A stretch of DNA of 32,000 nt from Candidatus Thorarchaeota archaeon (GCA_048882505.1 JBHLRO010000002.1:390001-422000), one strand, 5' to 3'; counted from the first letter of the stretch, positions 8,118-17,694 are shown. Notes: generated from the letters alone by a model not told the origin. Program-made: numbers and translations.

Positions 8118-9305
8118 CTATGTAAATACCTGGATTACATCCCCATCAGACAAGTTACGATCCAAACCAACCTTTTCTCCATCAAAAGAAGCCGAAGATC
8201 CCCATATTCGTGCAAAACGAAAATGTTTGAGCATCTTTTTTGAAAGAACCTCTATTGCGCTTTGGACAGTCGCCTGGTGTGTGTCCAAGATGATGGGCCG
8301 TTCGGCTATCTCACCATTGGTGTCACGGGTATAGATACGGATCTTTTGCAATGAGCCAAAGATTTTTTCCTCCAATCCCTCGAATCCTTCTTGTGGATAC
8401 GTTGAGACAGGCACAACTTCGAAGGACAAACCTTTTTCTCTTAGATAATTAATTAGATTCGTAAAATTCTGCTTTGAACCTTCTAGATCGCCTTTTGTAG
8501 CGATCATTATTCCTGGTAGATAGCTAATGCTCCTATCCAGAGCATCAAGAAATTGGTCAACTGAGGTTGGACCATGAAAGCGTACAATAGCATTAAGAAA
8601 ACCATTCACTCTCATGATTTCAATAACGGCTTCTTTTCCTTTTCCCGCAAAAAAGTGGCTATTAAACACCTGTATATTCCCAGAACCTACTTTCTCAATT
8701 GTAACTGCAGGCCTAGTAACGTTTACACGAATTTTCCCTTTATCCAGTTCATTAAGGACCAGCTCCAGCTGCTGGATTGGATCTTGTGATAGATCTATAG
8801 ATATTAAAAGACAATCTGCGTTTCTAATTCCTGCAAGAACTAACTTACCTGACATTTCTCCCCTCGAACTTCCCTTCACAATGGCAGGTAACTCAACAAG
8901 TTGTATACGGGCGCCCTTTGCTGTAATTGATCCCACAGCTGGTTTAACTGTGGTAAAAGGATAGGCCCCGACCTTGGTAGCCTCCGCCTGGGCAAGGTTA
9001 TTAAGAAAAGATGATTTGCCCGAATTGGTGGTTCCAATTATCGCCACCTGGGCATCTTCCCCTTTGGGTATTAGCCATTTCTCGCCAGATCCTTTCTTAG
9101 ATTGGCGTAATTTTTCTTGTTGTGCCTTCAAACGTTTTAATTTTTGTTTAACCATTCTAAGGTGGTTTTCCACTCCCTTGTGCTTGACTACCACGCCTAA
9201 AAAGCGTTCCAAGTGCATAATCTGTTCTTCAGTTCCTGAGGCTTGTAAATATTTATCCCACTCTACCTGGGCTTCTCGATTTAGGTTTGTTGGCAATTCT
9301 TCCAC
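8118..9305 (-). CDS. drg: DRG/Rbg1-like OBG-family GTPase with C-terminal TGS domain
   Basis: DRG-type N-terminus HKGVENHLRMVKQKL, G1 GTTNSGKS, G2 YPFTT, variant G3 ELPA, G4 TKGD, and TGS tail LSDGDVIQVF. Confidence 0.9.
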   Translation of the reverse strand: MEELPTNLNREAQVEWDKYLQASGTEEQIMHLERFLGVVVKHKGVENHLRMVKQKLKRLKAQQEKLRQSKKGSGEKWLIPKGEDAQVAIIGTTNSGKSSFLNNLAQAEATKVGAYPFTTVKPAVGSITAKGARIQLVELPAIVKGSSRGEMSGKLVLAGIRNADCLLISIDLSQDPIQQLELVLNELDKGKIRVNVTRPAVTIEKVGSGNIQVFNSHFFAGKGKEAVIEIMRVNGFLNAIVRFHGPTSVDQFLDALDRSISYLPGIMIATKGDLEGSKQNFTNLINYLREKGLSFEVVPVSTYPQEGFEGLEEKIFGSLQKIRIYTRDTNGEIAERPIILDTHQATVQSAIEVLSKKMLKHFRFARIWGSSASFDGEKVGLDRNLSDGDVIQVFT

Positions 9306-9828
9306 CTACTTGAAACTTCTGTGAGTGACGACGGAGGGAGGTGAGCTAAATCAGGTAGAATAGGGATTGATGAAATCTGAGAGACAGTAGCTGTTGACTT
9401 TTAAGTATCTTCGGGTCACGACTACTACTGCCAATTCTTCAATTTTGTTCGGTGGTAATAGCTCTTAAGAGGCACCGATGTTATATTGAATCCATTTCAG
9501 GAAATCTGATGAATGAAGTTTAACATTTTCAAAGCTGAAATGCGTACATTCGTCTATCTACCCACCTAACTTGTCATTAGCTGCCGAAGGGGGGGTAAAT
9601 TCCCTTTGCGAACCAAATTTTGGGGATTATTATCAATGAGGGCCCTGAATAAACAAATCTTCAAAATTAAGGTAATTTCGTGGTCTTTGCACAGGTCTAG
9701 AAAAATCTGGATAGGAATAGTAACATAAGGGGATGATATGACGGGATTAGAATCCTTTATGTGAATTAGAACCATCTTAGGAAAATTTTAATTAAAGCCC
9801 AATCGAATACGCGGAATGACTTCAATCG

Positions 9829-10623
9829 ATGATAGAGTCACTGAATGCTAATGAATTCCTGGCAGTTGGACCAACCTTATCCTGGGGAGGTTTAAGTACG
9901 GCGATCAGAGCTTCAACGAAGGCAGTCCTTTTTGACCTTGATGGTACCTTGGTCGACTCAATCAGGATCTTTCCTCAACTAATTGTACAGGAATTTTTCC
10001 CCACAGATAAGCCTAATGCAATTCAAATTCGGAATTATCTTAAACGGTTAGGAAAATTCTACAATTCAGGCAAGAGACACAGTTGGTTCAAAATGAACCT
10101 ATTCCGTGCGATTCGTGGGGATTTCAACCTTTCATGGTATGGTTTTTTACGTGGCATGATGCGTGCTGTCTGGCAATTCTATCAATGGGATAAAGATCTA
10201 CATGTTTTTCCTAGTGTCCCAAAAACTCTCAAAAAACTGAAACAGCACGGTTATTTGCTAGGAATTGTTACAAATGGATCCCCGTATCTATTACGAAAAC
10301 GTTTTGCCCCTTATCTTTCTCTTTTCGATGTTTTAGTTGATTCTAAGAGTATTGGTGTCAGGAAACCTTCCTCAATCCCCCTCCAGATTGCGATAAAAAA
10401 GCTCAGAGTTACCAAAGAAGAAGTGGTTTTTGTAGGAGACACACTCGTAGATTTGTTAGCCGCAAAAGAAGCCGATATTTCAATCATTTTAGTCAGAACG
10501 GGCGTTTTTTCGAGTTATTTTCCTTCAATTGGATATTCTCCTTTGGCTGTAGTTTCGTGCGTTGGAGATGACCTTTTTCAAGAAATAACCGCCCAAAGAA
10601 CCAACCGTGGTGCGAGATCATGA
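9829..10623 (+). CDS. HAD-superfamily hydrolase (phosphoglycolate-phosphatase-like); start approximate
   Basis: Motif I FDLDGTLVDS, motif II IVTNG, motif III KP, motif IV VGDTLVD. Confidence 0.9.
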   Translation: MIESLNANEFLAVGPTLSWGGLSTAIRASTKAVLFDLDGTLVDSIRIFPQLIVQEFFPTDKPNAIQIRNYLKRLGKFYNSGKRHSWFKMNLFRAIRGDFNLSWYGFLRGMMRAVWQFYQWDKDLHVFPSVPKTLKKLKQHGYLLGIVTNGSPYLLRKRFAPYLSLFDVLVDSKSIGVRKPSSIPLQIAIKKLRVTKEEVVFVGDTLVDLLAAKEADISIILVRTGVFSSYFPSIGYSPLAVVSCVGDDLFQEITAQRTNRGARS

Positions 10624-11153
10624 CTCTCTATTCCCAAGAAACGAATGAAGGAACAGCCTGGGCAGGTACTTTGGTGGATCGGGCTTTCCAAAATCTCGCC
10701 GCGATCCCATATTCGGATCCTCCTACAATCCTTTTTCGAGGAAGTTTGCCTTGGAGGCAGGGACGAAACTATGTTTTCCAAGCTGTTCAAATAGGTGGGA
10801 CTGAATTAACTTGGTTTGCGATGTTTGATCAAAAAAAATTCCAACTAGGCGATCATTCTAGAAAGATACGATTTGATTTTAGCGAAATTCATCGTCCCAT
10901 CATAGTAAATATCATCCTCAAGGAATTGCGCTGTTACATATATAAATTTCAGCAGAACATCACGAAATTAGAAATCCACAGAGCTTTTATCCAGCTCATG
11001 GCAGGCCAAGCCGCGATTCTCGAACCTTATTGTCTCTCAGATGCAGAATGGAAAAAACTACGCTCCAAACCAATTACTTCCGCTGATATCATATCAAAGG
11101 CCAAACAGAAATACGAGAAATTACCATATTACTATAAGGATCAGGATTTCTAA
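10620..11153 (+). CDS. Hypothetical protein, possibly a degenerate SprT/YgjP-like zincin fold
   Basis: ATGA overlap with the HAD stop codon and protein-like composition. IILKELRCY...IHRAF resembles HExxH...H-x-x-F without the His ligands. Confidence 0.7.
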   Translation: MTLYSQETNEGTAWAGTLVDRAFQNLAAIPYSDPPTILFRGSLPWRQGRNYVFQAVQIGGTELTWFAMFDQKKFQLGDHSRKIRFDFSEIHRPIIVNIILKELRCYIYKFQQNITKLEIHRAFIQLMAGQAAILEPYCLSDAEWKKLRSKPITSADIISKAKQKYEKLPYYYKDQDF

Positions 11154-11300
11154 ACCAGCTCCAATAGACAAGATTAATCTCTCAAGTAATGGATTTACTC
11201 TGATAAGATCATATCGAGCTTCCATCTGTGAATTTGGCGTTCCAAAGTTCTTATTAGATCCTCATATTTTGGGTCAAAGCTGACCAATGGCCAAACTTGA

Positions 11301-12428
11301 TTAAGTTTCTCTCAACGTTAAACGACTACCAAACAGGAATAAGACAACAAATAGAAGCTGAACTATCAAGTCTACATTCCAGGGTGTGAGTATGAGGCCT
11401 TCGATGGAAATTTGACGTAGAAGGTGTACTCCATAAGTTGTGGGTATGAGGTATGCTACCCAACGCACCACCTCTGGAATTTGATTAAGGGGAATGATAA
11501 TGCCTGACAAGAGGAGCGCTGGAAGGATCACTATGGGTACAAATTGAATAGCTTGAAATTCATTACGTGCATAGGAGGATAAGAAAATGGCAAGAACAAG
11601 ACCTGTCCACCCACAAACCACAGCTCCAATGTATAATGAAGCGAGTTCCGCCAATCCGAATGCCAGCTGAATGTTAAACAATATACTCGCGGCGATTAGA
11701 ATTACAGTGGTTTGGAAAAACGATAAGATGCTAAATGCTCCTAAATATCCAAAAATGATCTGTCCTTTGTCGTACGGACATTGAAGAAGGAGATCGAGAG
11801 TTCCTGCCTTTCTTTCTCCAATAAGGTTCATGATAATTAGGATGAAAGATAAAAAGAAGACACCAAAAATAATCATGGCCGGGGCAAAGAATTCAATTGT
11901 CGTTAGATCCTCTCCATAGGCGTACGAAATTTCAACACCTAAATTTCCGCGAAATTCCCCAATCGCATCCTGAAATGCTTGTTGAAAAGCCGCTAGGACC
12001 ACCACCCCTACTTGCGGGTTAGAATTATCGAGATAGAGTTGAATCGAAACATTTTCACCGCTTAGAGAAGCGACGTTTGATGTGAAATTCTCGGGGATAA
12101 TGACTGCACAAATAAATCTTTTTTCTTCGACCGCTCGTTTTGCAGTATCAAAATCATCAGTTAAATTGATAACGTCCACTTTTTGGGATTCCTCCAAATT
12201 AGTTTTCATCTGTTTACCAATGGAGGGGATAAGAAATGGAGGAAAAATTACAGCTGCGTCTGTGTCCTGATTTATGACGATAATCGGGACGTGGTTAATT
12301 TCTCCTCCAAATGCCACGCCAAAAAGCGCAATATACATTAACGGGGCCATGAAAGCTAAACCTAAGGTTCGGCGGTCACGAAGAAGTTGCTTCCATATTC
12401 GTTTTGTTACAAGGTAAGCCAACCACAT
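11301..12428 (-). CDS. ABC-2 type exporter permease (YbhS/YhhJ-like)
   Basis: N-terminal TM, extracytoplasmic domain (PIIVINQD), five C-terminal TMs and ERKAGTL. Starts 1 nt after the ATPase stop. Confidence 0.93.
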   Translation of the reverse strand: MWLAYLVTKRIWKQLLRDRRTLGLAFMAPLMYIALFGVAFGGEINHVPIIVINQDTDAAVIFPPFLIPSIGKQMKTNLEESQKVDVINLTDDFDTAKRAVEEKRFICAVIIPENFTSNVASLSGENVSIQLYLDNSNPQVGVVVLAAFQQAFQDAIGEFRGNLGVEISYAYGEDLTTIEFFAPAMIIFGVFFLSFILIIMNLIGERKAGTLDLLLQCPYDKGQIIFGYLGAFSILSFFQTTVILIAASILFNIQLAFGLAELASLYIGAVVCGWTGLVLAIFLSSYARNEFQAIQFVPIVILPALLLSGIIIPLNQIPEVVRWVAYLIPTTYGVHLLRQISIEGLILTPWNVDLIVQLLFVVLFLFGSRLTLRET

Positions 12429-12429
12429 G

Positions 12430-13176
12430 CTATAGAACCCCCGTTCGAGTATTAGAAATCAGATTGAGAAACATTTCTTCCATATTTTGAGCATGGGTTT
12501 TCGTGATTAAATTCCGAGGAGTATCAATCGCAACCATCCGCCCATCTCGCATCACACCAACTCGATCGGCCCATTCGGCCTCATTTAGATAATGGGTAGT
12601 TACCAGGATCGTTGTTCCATCTTTACGGGCCTTTTCTCGAAAATATCGCCAGAAATCCCGTCTTAATACGGGATCAAGGCCGACAGTTGGTTCATCGAGA
12701 AATGCAATTTCAGGATTATTTACCATAGCAGCTGCTAAAGCAGTCCGTTGTTGAGTTCCCCCAGATAAATGAACAGCCAATTTATCTTGATGATCAGTGA
12801 GCGAGAGCTTCTCGATCATAAGATCCGTATTGATTTTTGTCTGATCACTGGAAAGCCCTTTAGCTTGTGCAAAGAATCGGATATTTTCACGTGCCGTAAG
12901 GAGATCATATAACGCTCGTTTTTGCGGCAAATAACCCATTATCCTACGTAATCTCTTTTTTTCTTGAGGGATAGTTAATCCTTTAACCTGAATCCTTCCC
13001 CTAGGTTCCGCATTCAAGATTCCCAAGAGGAGTCGAATTGTTGTGGTCTTGCCCGCTGCATTCGGCCCCACCAGGCAGAAAACTTCTCCCTGATTAACTT
13101 GGAGAGTAAGGTCGTCAACAGCAACCACATCCCCAAAAAGTTTTGAAACATTCGAAATCTCAATGTCATTAACCAT
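12430..13176 (-). CDS. ABC exporter ATP-binding subunit
   Basis: Walker A GPNAAGKT, signature LSGG, Walker B AFLDEP, H-loop TTH. Start reassigned to ATG 13176 because GGTGA (13182-13186) lies 5 nt upstream. Confidence 0.95.
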   Translation of the reverse strand: MVNDIEISNVSKLFGDVVAVDDLTLQVNQGEVFCLVGPNAAGKTTTIRLLLGILNAEPRGRIQVKGLTIPQEKKRLRRIMGYLPQKRALYDLLTARENIRFFAQAKGLSSDQTKINTDLMIEKLSLTDHQDKLAVHLSGGTQQRTALAAAMVNNPEIAFLDEPTVGLDPVLRRDFWRYFREKARKDGTTILVTTHYLNEAEWADRVGVMRDGRMVAIDTPRNLITKTHAQNMEEMFLNLISNTRTGVL

Positions 13177-13277
13177 TTGTATCACCGACATGATGAAAAC
13201 AATTGAGGTACGAATAGAAGGCAAAAAGCATTTCAGACAAGGATGATTTCACTACATCAGGTTTGTTAGAATTAAAC

Positions 13278-14183
13278 TCAGTAGGTCATGAATATTTTGC
13301 GGGTCTGATCTAAAAAATTCTCGTTCAGCTCTTCCATGGTTGAATAAGCTCCAAGTAGTTCGTCGAGCTGTTGTTCGATTGTTGCTCTGTTTGGAAGAAC
13401 ACTACGGAACAATACTGGGAAGAGAACAACCACAAGACCGTAGTTCGCGCCGATGGTATTCTGTATCCGCTTATCAGTGAATTTTTTTGACACCATTTGA
13501 AAGGCATACACCAAACCGCGATACTTTTCATAATTAGGAACAGGAAGTTCATAGAGGCCTCGGGCATAATCGTGGCCAGCTCCCGTTGCTGACATATAAT
13601 ATGTGCCGATTTTGATCAGGAAGTTTTCTTTCTCCATATCTGTGATTGAATCCTCAAACGGTAATTTTGATGTCAAAAAAGGCTCTGGACCGACCTCTCC
13701 GAACTTAAAAACAGATACAGAGAGTTGTTCTGGGTTTTCTGCTAGTTGTCGGGCTAATACGGTCTCTTGTCGTGCCCGATGTTCAAGCAATACCCGAGTT
13801 ATGGTTTCTTTCAAGTTATCAGGTTCAAACATCTCTTCTTTGGTTAAATAATCTTGAATTCCCAGTTTCATTGCTTGTACAGCAACTCGTTCCGACCCTA
13901 GACCAGTTATCATGATGATTGGTATCTCTCGATTTAGGCGGCGAATTTCCTCGATGACTTCGATTCCTGATTTTCCAGGGAGGGAGTAATCCACAAGTAT
14001 TAGATTAAAGTCATTACCTTCTTTAATTTTTTTAATAGCATCCTCTCCAGTTTCAAATACCATGATGCTATTGATTCCAGCTTCTTTTATTCTTTTAATG
14101 AAAAGATATTGATGGTCCCGGGAATCTTCAACAAGCAAGACCTTTGCGTCAACTATAGGGTCAAAATCATCCTTCGATGCCAT
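13278..14183 (-). CDS. Response regulator: canonical receiver plus ~150-aa non-HTH output domain (longin/uDENN-like by inference)
   Basis: LLVED acidic pocket, phosphoacceptor D65 (LILVDYSLP), T93 and K115. The C-terminal domain begins LSVSVFKFGEVGPEP. Confidence 0.9.
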   Translation of the reverse strand: MASKDDFDPIVDAKVLLVEDSRDHQYLFIKRIKEAGINSIMVFETGEDAIKKIKEGNDFNLILVDYSLPGKSGIEVIEEIRRLNREIPIIMITGLGSERVAVQAMKLGIQDYLTKEEMFEPDNLKETITRVLLEHRARQETVLARQLAENPEQLSVSVFKFGEVGPEPFLTSKLPFEDSITDMEKENFLIKIGTYYMSATGAGHDYARGLYELPVPNYEKYRGLVYAFQMVSKKFTDKRIQNTIGANYGLVVVLFPVLFRSVLPNRATIEQQLDELLGAYSTMEELNENFLDQTRKIFMTY

Positions 14184-14389
14184 GCCTAATACCTAACATC
14201 AAGCTAAACAATTTTAGGCCACGTTGGTACAATTCCAACCTGGGACATTCCAATTAATCCAATCTTGCACTGCAGAGTAAATTTCTTTCTGGAATAATAG
14301 GTCGGTTTTAGTTCTAAACCTTTTCTTATAACTTATTAGATTGCTTTAATTTATCCTTCTTCGAGGAAGATTTCTGAGCCAAGACTCAA

Positions 14390-15400
14390 TTACAGCGGCA
14401 AATAACCATGGTTTTTGAACCATTCGTATGATTCCAGAATCGTTGTCTCCATATCTTTTTGAGGGCTAAACCCCAGTTCATCTCTAATCTTCTGGTCGTT
14501 AAAACGTCTTGAAGATGCAAATTTCGTGACTCTATATCTGTTAAGAGTGGTTTGCCTCCCCGTAATCTTAGCAAAAATCTCAGAGAGTACCGCGATCGTG
14601 TAAACCAGACGATAATTTAAATGCCGAGGAGGCTTGGACGGTTTAATGGTATCTACAATAAAATTAATGAAATCAATAAATAGACATTCAAAAGATTTTA
14701 AATTATAGGCCTGCCCTTTCGACTTATGCTGTTTTTCTGCTATAAGTAACAATCCTTTACAGAGGTCAAAAGGATGAATCCAGGTTGTATAGACTTGTCC
14801 ACTACGAAATATCGGGAGTTTTCGTTCATAAATCGCCTTGAAGATCTGAAACATCGTTTTTTTGTCTCTTGGCCCAATGATACTTGGGGGGCGGACGATG
14901 CTAAAATTTTTCCAACCTTGGATCCGTGAAAAATCCCAGATACACTTTTCCTGGTAAGCCTTACTTTTTTGATAAATTCTTGTAGGATTAAATGCGGTGT
15001 TTTCGTCTATGGGTATATCAGGTATAAAATGGCCATAGACCCCAGTAGAGGAAACGTGTGCGATGAAAGGATCTGTGCTAGACTGATAACAGGCGTCAAT
15101 CAGGTTATTCATACCTTCTACGTTTACCTTATATAACTCAGTCCAGCCAGCCCAGTCATCTACTAGTGAAGCTAGATTGTAAACAACATCAACATCTTTT
15201 AATGCATCTTTCAAACTACGGGCATCATTCAAATCAGCTTTAACCGGAATGAGCCCTAGTGCCTCAATATTGGCTTTACCAACTGTGTCTCGGTAGATTA
15301 CTCGAATAGAATCGTCCTTATTTCCATAAGTATTGATCAAAAGTTCATTGAGGAAACCCCCCAAGAAACCTGTTCCTCCAGTTACTAGCGAAACCACCAA
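14390..15400 (-). CDS. NAD-dependent epimerase/dehydratase (extended SDR, 3beta-HSD/OleD-like)
   Basis: VTGGTGFLG, HVSSTGVYG, catalytic YQKSK, and IVRPPSIIGP. Confidence 0.92.
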   Translation of the reverse strand: MVVSLVTGGTGFLGGFLNELLINTYGNKDDSIRVIYRDTVGKANIEALGLIPVKADLNDARSLKDALKDVDVVYNLASLVDDWAGWTELYKVNVEGMNNLIDACYQSSTDPFIAHVSSTGVYGHFIPDIPIDENTAFNPTRIYQKSKAYQEKCIWDFSRIQGWKNFSIVRPPSIIGPRDKKTMFQIFKAIYERKLPIFRSGQVYTTWIHPFDLCKGLLLIAEKQHKSKGQAYNLKSFECLFIDFINFIVDTIKPSKPPRHLNYRLVYTIAVLSEIFAKITGRQTTLNRYRVTKFASSRRFNDQKIRDELGFSPQKDMETTILESYEWFKNHGYLPL

Positions 15401-15513
15401 TATACCTCAGGGTGGGCTAAAACGCCGGATTTCAACGCTTTTCACAGGAGGATTCCAATCTATTTTACGTTATAAGACCTTTCCGTTCGGAAAATGTAGA
15501 CAGACTTCATAGT

Positions 15514-16284
15514 TTAGCCATTTTTAAGACCCCAACCCAAAGTTTCTAAAGTTGTGTGATTTTGGATCATCTCATAATCTTTATCAGAGACTGTAAATCC
15601 CATGAATTTTCTTTTGTTGCGTAAGCATGCTATTAACAAGTGATTAGATGCCAAAAAAGGATCCAAAACCAAATCCCCTTCATTACTAGCAATTCTAATA
15701 CATTTTTCTAGAATGTAACCTCCCACCGATTGATCAATTTCATCAATTCTGGATTGATGAGAGGCAATCCAAACGTCCTCAAAATAGAGTTTCCCCTTCG
15801 AACTAGAATATTCACCAATTCTATTGAAGACTCGGTTCTTATCCTCTTTAAGTGACAATTTTGTGATGTATAGAATATGGGAGTGGATGGGATTAAATCG
15901 TTTTTGTGAACTCACGCCATGGTTGGGGACAGGATGTTGCCAGATGATATGGTTAACCAACCGAAACCCTGTGATATTAATTGCATTCAGTAGAAATCGG
16001 AGATTCCTCCAGTGGCAGAAAATAAACCCACATGCGGTATAACTCATTGCTCTCTTTGCTTGATTTAACCATTTTACTGAAAAATCCTGATAATTTTTTT
16101 TTGGAATAAAACCATACCTATTTTGAGAATGCTTTTGAAATCTAATGGACGATAGAGTACGCTCCAGAGGGTCGGTTTGATATACTGGTTCCGTTACCAG
16201 GAGATCAACACTAGAAGATCTGATTTTCGTCATGCCAATTCTACAATCTTCAGTGTAAATCATATTAGGCTTAAGATATTCCAC
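15514..16284 (-). CDS. Beta-class N4/N6 DNA methyltransferase homologue with degenerate active sites
   Basis: Layout IYTEDC...VDLLVTEPVY...NHIIW...GDLVLDPF...RKFMG. DPPY has become EPVY and FxGxG has become FLASN. ORF intact, with GGAGT RBS 7 nt before the GTG. Confidence 0.85.
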   Translation of the reverse strand: MEYLKPNMIYTEDCRIGMTKIRSSSVDLLVTEPVYQTDPLERTLSSIRFQKHSQNRYGFIPKKNYQDFSVKWLNQAKRAMSYTACGFIFCHWRNLRFLLNAINITGFRLVNHIIWQHPVPNHGVSSQKRFNPIHSHILYITKLSLKEDKNRVFNRIGEYSSSKGKLYFEDVWIASHQSRIDEIDQSVGGYILEKCIRIASNEGDLVLDPFLASNHLLIACLRNKRKFMGFTVSDKDYEMIQNHTTLETLGWGLKNG

Positions 16285-16289
16285 AGTAT

Positions 16290-17672
16290 TTACTCCACCA
16301 ATGACAAATTAGGGGGTATTAATTGCCGAACTATATCCTTATAAATCATTGCGAAGTCATTCATTGATTTTAACATGATGAATTCATCAGTGCCATGGAT
16401 AGCACCTCCTTCTGGTCCAAGATCTATGACAGGAATGTTATAGCTCGACGGATATCGAGCATCAGATGCCCCTTCCTGTTCACATGGTTCAGAAACCATT
16501 GAATGTTTCTCCAAAACTGAACTGGCAGTAGTAACCAAAAGATGTTCTTTTGAAGTATAAAGATAGCCAGATGAACGCCTGGTTTCGATGTCTGCATTTA
16601 TCGAAAATGCATTAAGCCTGGATTTGATTGCGTGAACCAGAATAGGAGCTTTTTCAGGAGACAAGAAAGCGCGTACGTCGAATTCAACCTGAGTACCATT
16701 AGTGGAGGAATATGTAACGATATTTGGGTTCACGGTAATTCCAAATTCGCTAGGAATTTCGGTTTCAAGTTGCGTTCCATCAAGAAGAACCATTCCCCTC
16801 ATGGCTCGCAAGATCGCGGTTAAATGTTCATCATAGGTCTGAATGGAACCGTTAGAAGTTGGCTTAACAACTGTAGCAACACAATCATCTGGAATTACAT
16901 TTTTCTTAATCCATGATCCTGTTAAATCCTGAATTTTCCAGTTTCTATTGAGATGAAGTAGTTTAGAAAGAGTTAAAATCGCATGCTGATCCACACCACG
17001 CACAAAATATGCAGAATGTCTATTTGGGTCTCCAAATATCTTGGTATATGTTTTTAATTTTTCTATCTTTCCATTAACGGATTTAATAACTGGAGGAATA
17101 ATTAGGGAGACTCCAAAACCTGCTCGACGCTTATAAACGACACGAGAACCCCCATCGACATTTATTACAAATTTCGGTAAAATTCCTTGCTTGTTTGCTT
17201 CATCAAAAAACAATTTTGCACCATGTTGCCCTCCCGTTTCCTCATCTGTTGAGAAAAAAAATCCAATCTTTGCAAAACCGTCAACCTGTTGTTGACAAAG
17301 ATCTTGGTACATTAACAAACACGATACAACCGAACCTTTACAGTCTTTACTTCCTCGTCCATAGGCTCGGTCATTTTCAATCCGGAGAGAAAAGGGATCC
17401 GAACTCCAGCCATCAGTCACTGGAACAACATCCAGATGTCCCATAAAGAGAATATCTGCTCCATTGTCCAAGTTAGGGGTCAAATAGATAGAGGCATAGC
17501 TCTGATCACGAAATATCTTCGCTTTGATATCAGGATTCCAAACGGCAATCAGGTCTTTGACATAATCCAGAATCTCAACATCTGGAATTAACATTTTTTG
17601 AGGGTCATTCACAGTATTAATACTTATTAACTTGCCCAATATCTGTTTACCATTAATATGATTCCTTGTCAT
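16290..17672 (-). CDS. M20 metallopeptidase, PepV-like dipeptidase/deacylase
   Basis: GHLDVVP, GRGSKDCKG, TDEETG, Asp ligand in INVDG, IHGTDE. Extended lid with HSA, NVIP and FDVR. AGGAG RBS. Confidence 0.9.
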   Translation of the reverse strand: MTRNHINGKQILGKLISINTVNDPQKMLIPDVEILDYVKDLIAVWNPDIKAKIFRDQSYASIYLTPNLDNGADILFMGHLDVVPVTDGWSSDPFSLRIENDRAYGRGSKDCKGSVVSCLLMYQDLCQQQVDGFAKIGFFFSTDEETGGQHGAKLFFDEANKQGILPKFVINVDGGSRVVYKRRAGFGVSLIIPPVIKSVNGKIEKLKTYTKIFGDPNRHSAYFVRGVDQHAILTLSKLLHLNRNWKIQDLTGSWIKKNVIPDDCVATVVKPTSNGSIQTYDEHLTAILRAMRGMVLLDGTQLETEIPSEFGITVNPNIVTYSSTNGTQVEFDVRAFLSPEKAPILVHAIKSRLNAFSINADIETRRSSGYLYTSKEHLLVTTASSVLEKHSMVSEPCEQEGASDARYPSSYNIPVIDLGPEGGAIHGTDEFIMLKSMNDFAMIYKDIVRQLIPPNLSLVE

Positions 17673-17694
17673 TCAGCTCTCAACTCCTAATTCA

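Noticed and set aside
7936-8334. 132-aa plus-strand ORF
   Set aside because: More than half overlaps the DRG gene antisense; no RBS or recognisable motif.
9566-9775. 69-aa minus-strand ORF in the large intergenic gap
   Set aside because: No RBS, no motif and no independent support. It cannot be excluded, but is not listed as a feature.
15514-16284. Restriction-modification or defence island
   Set aside because: Methyltransferase motifs are degenerate, and there is no nuclease, specificity subunit or mobile-element context.
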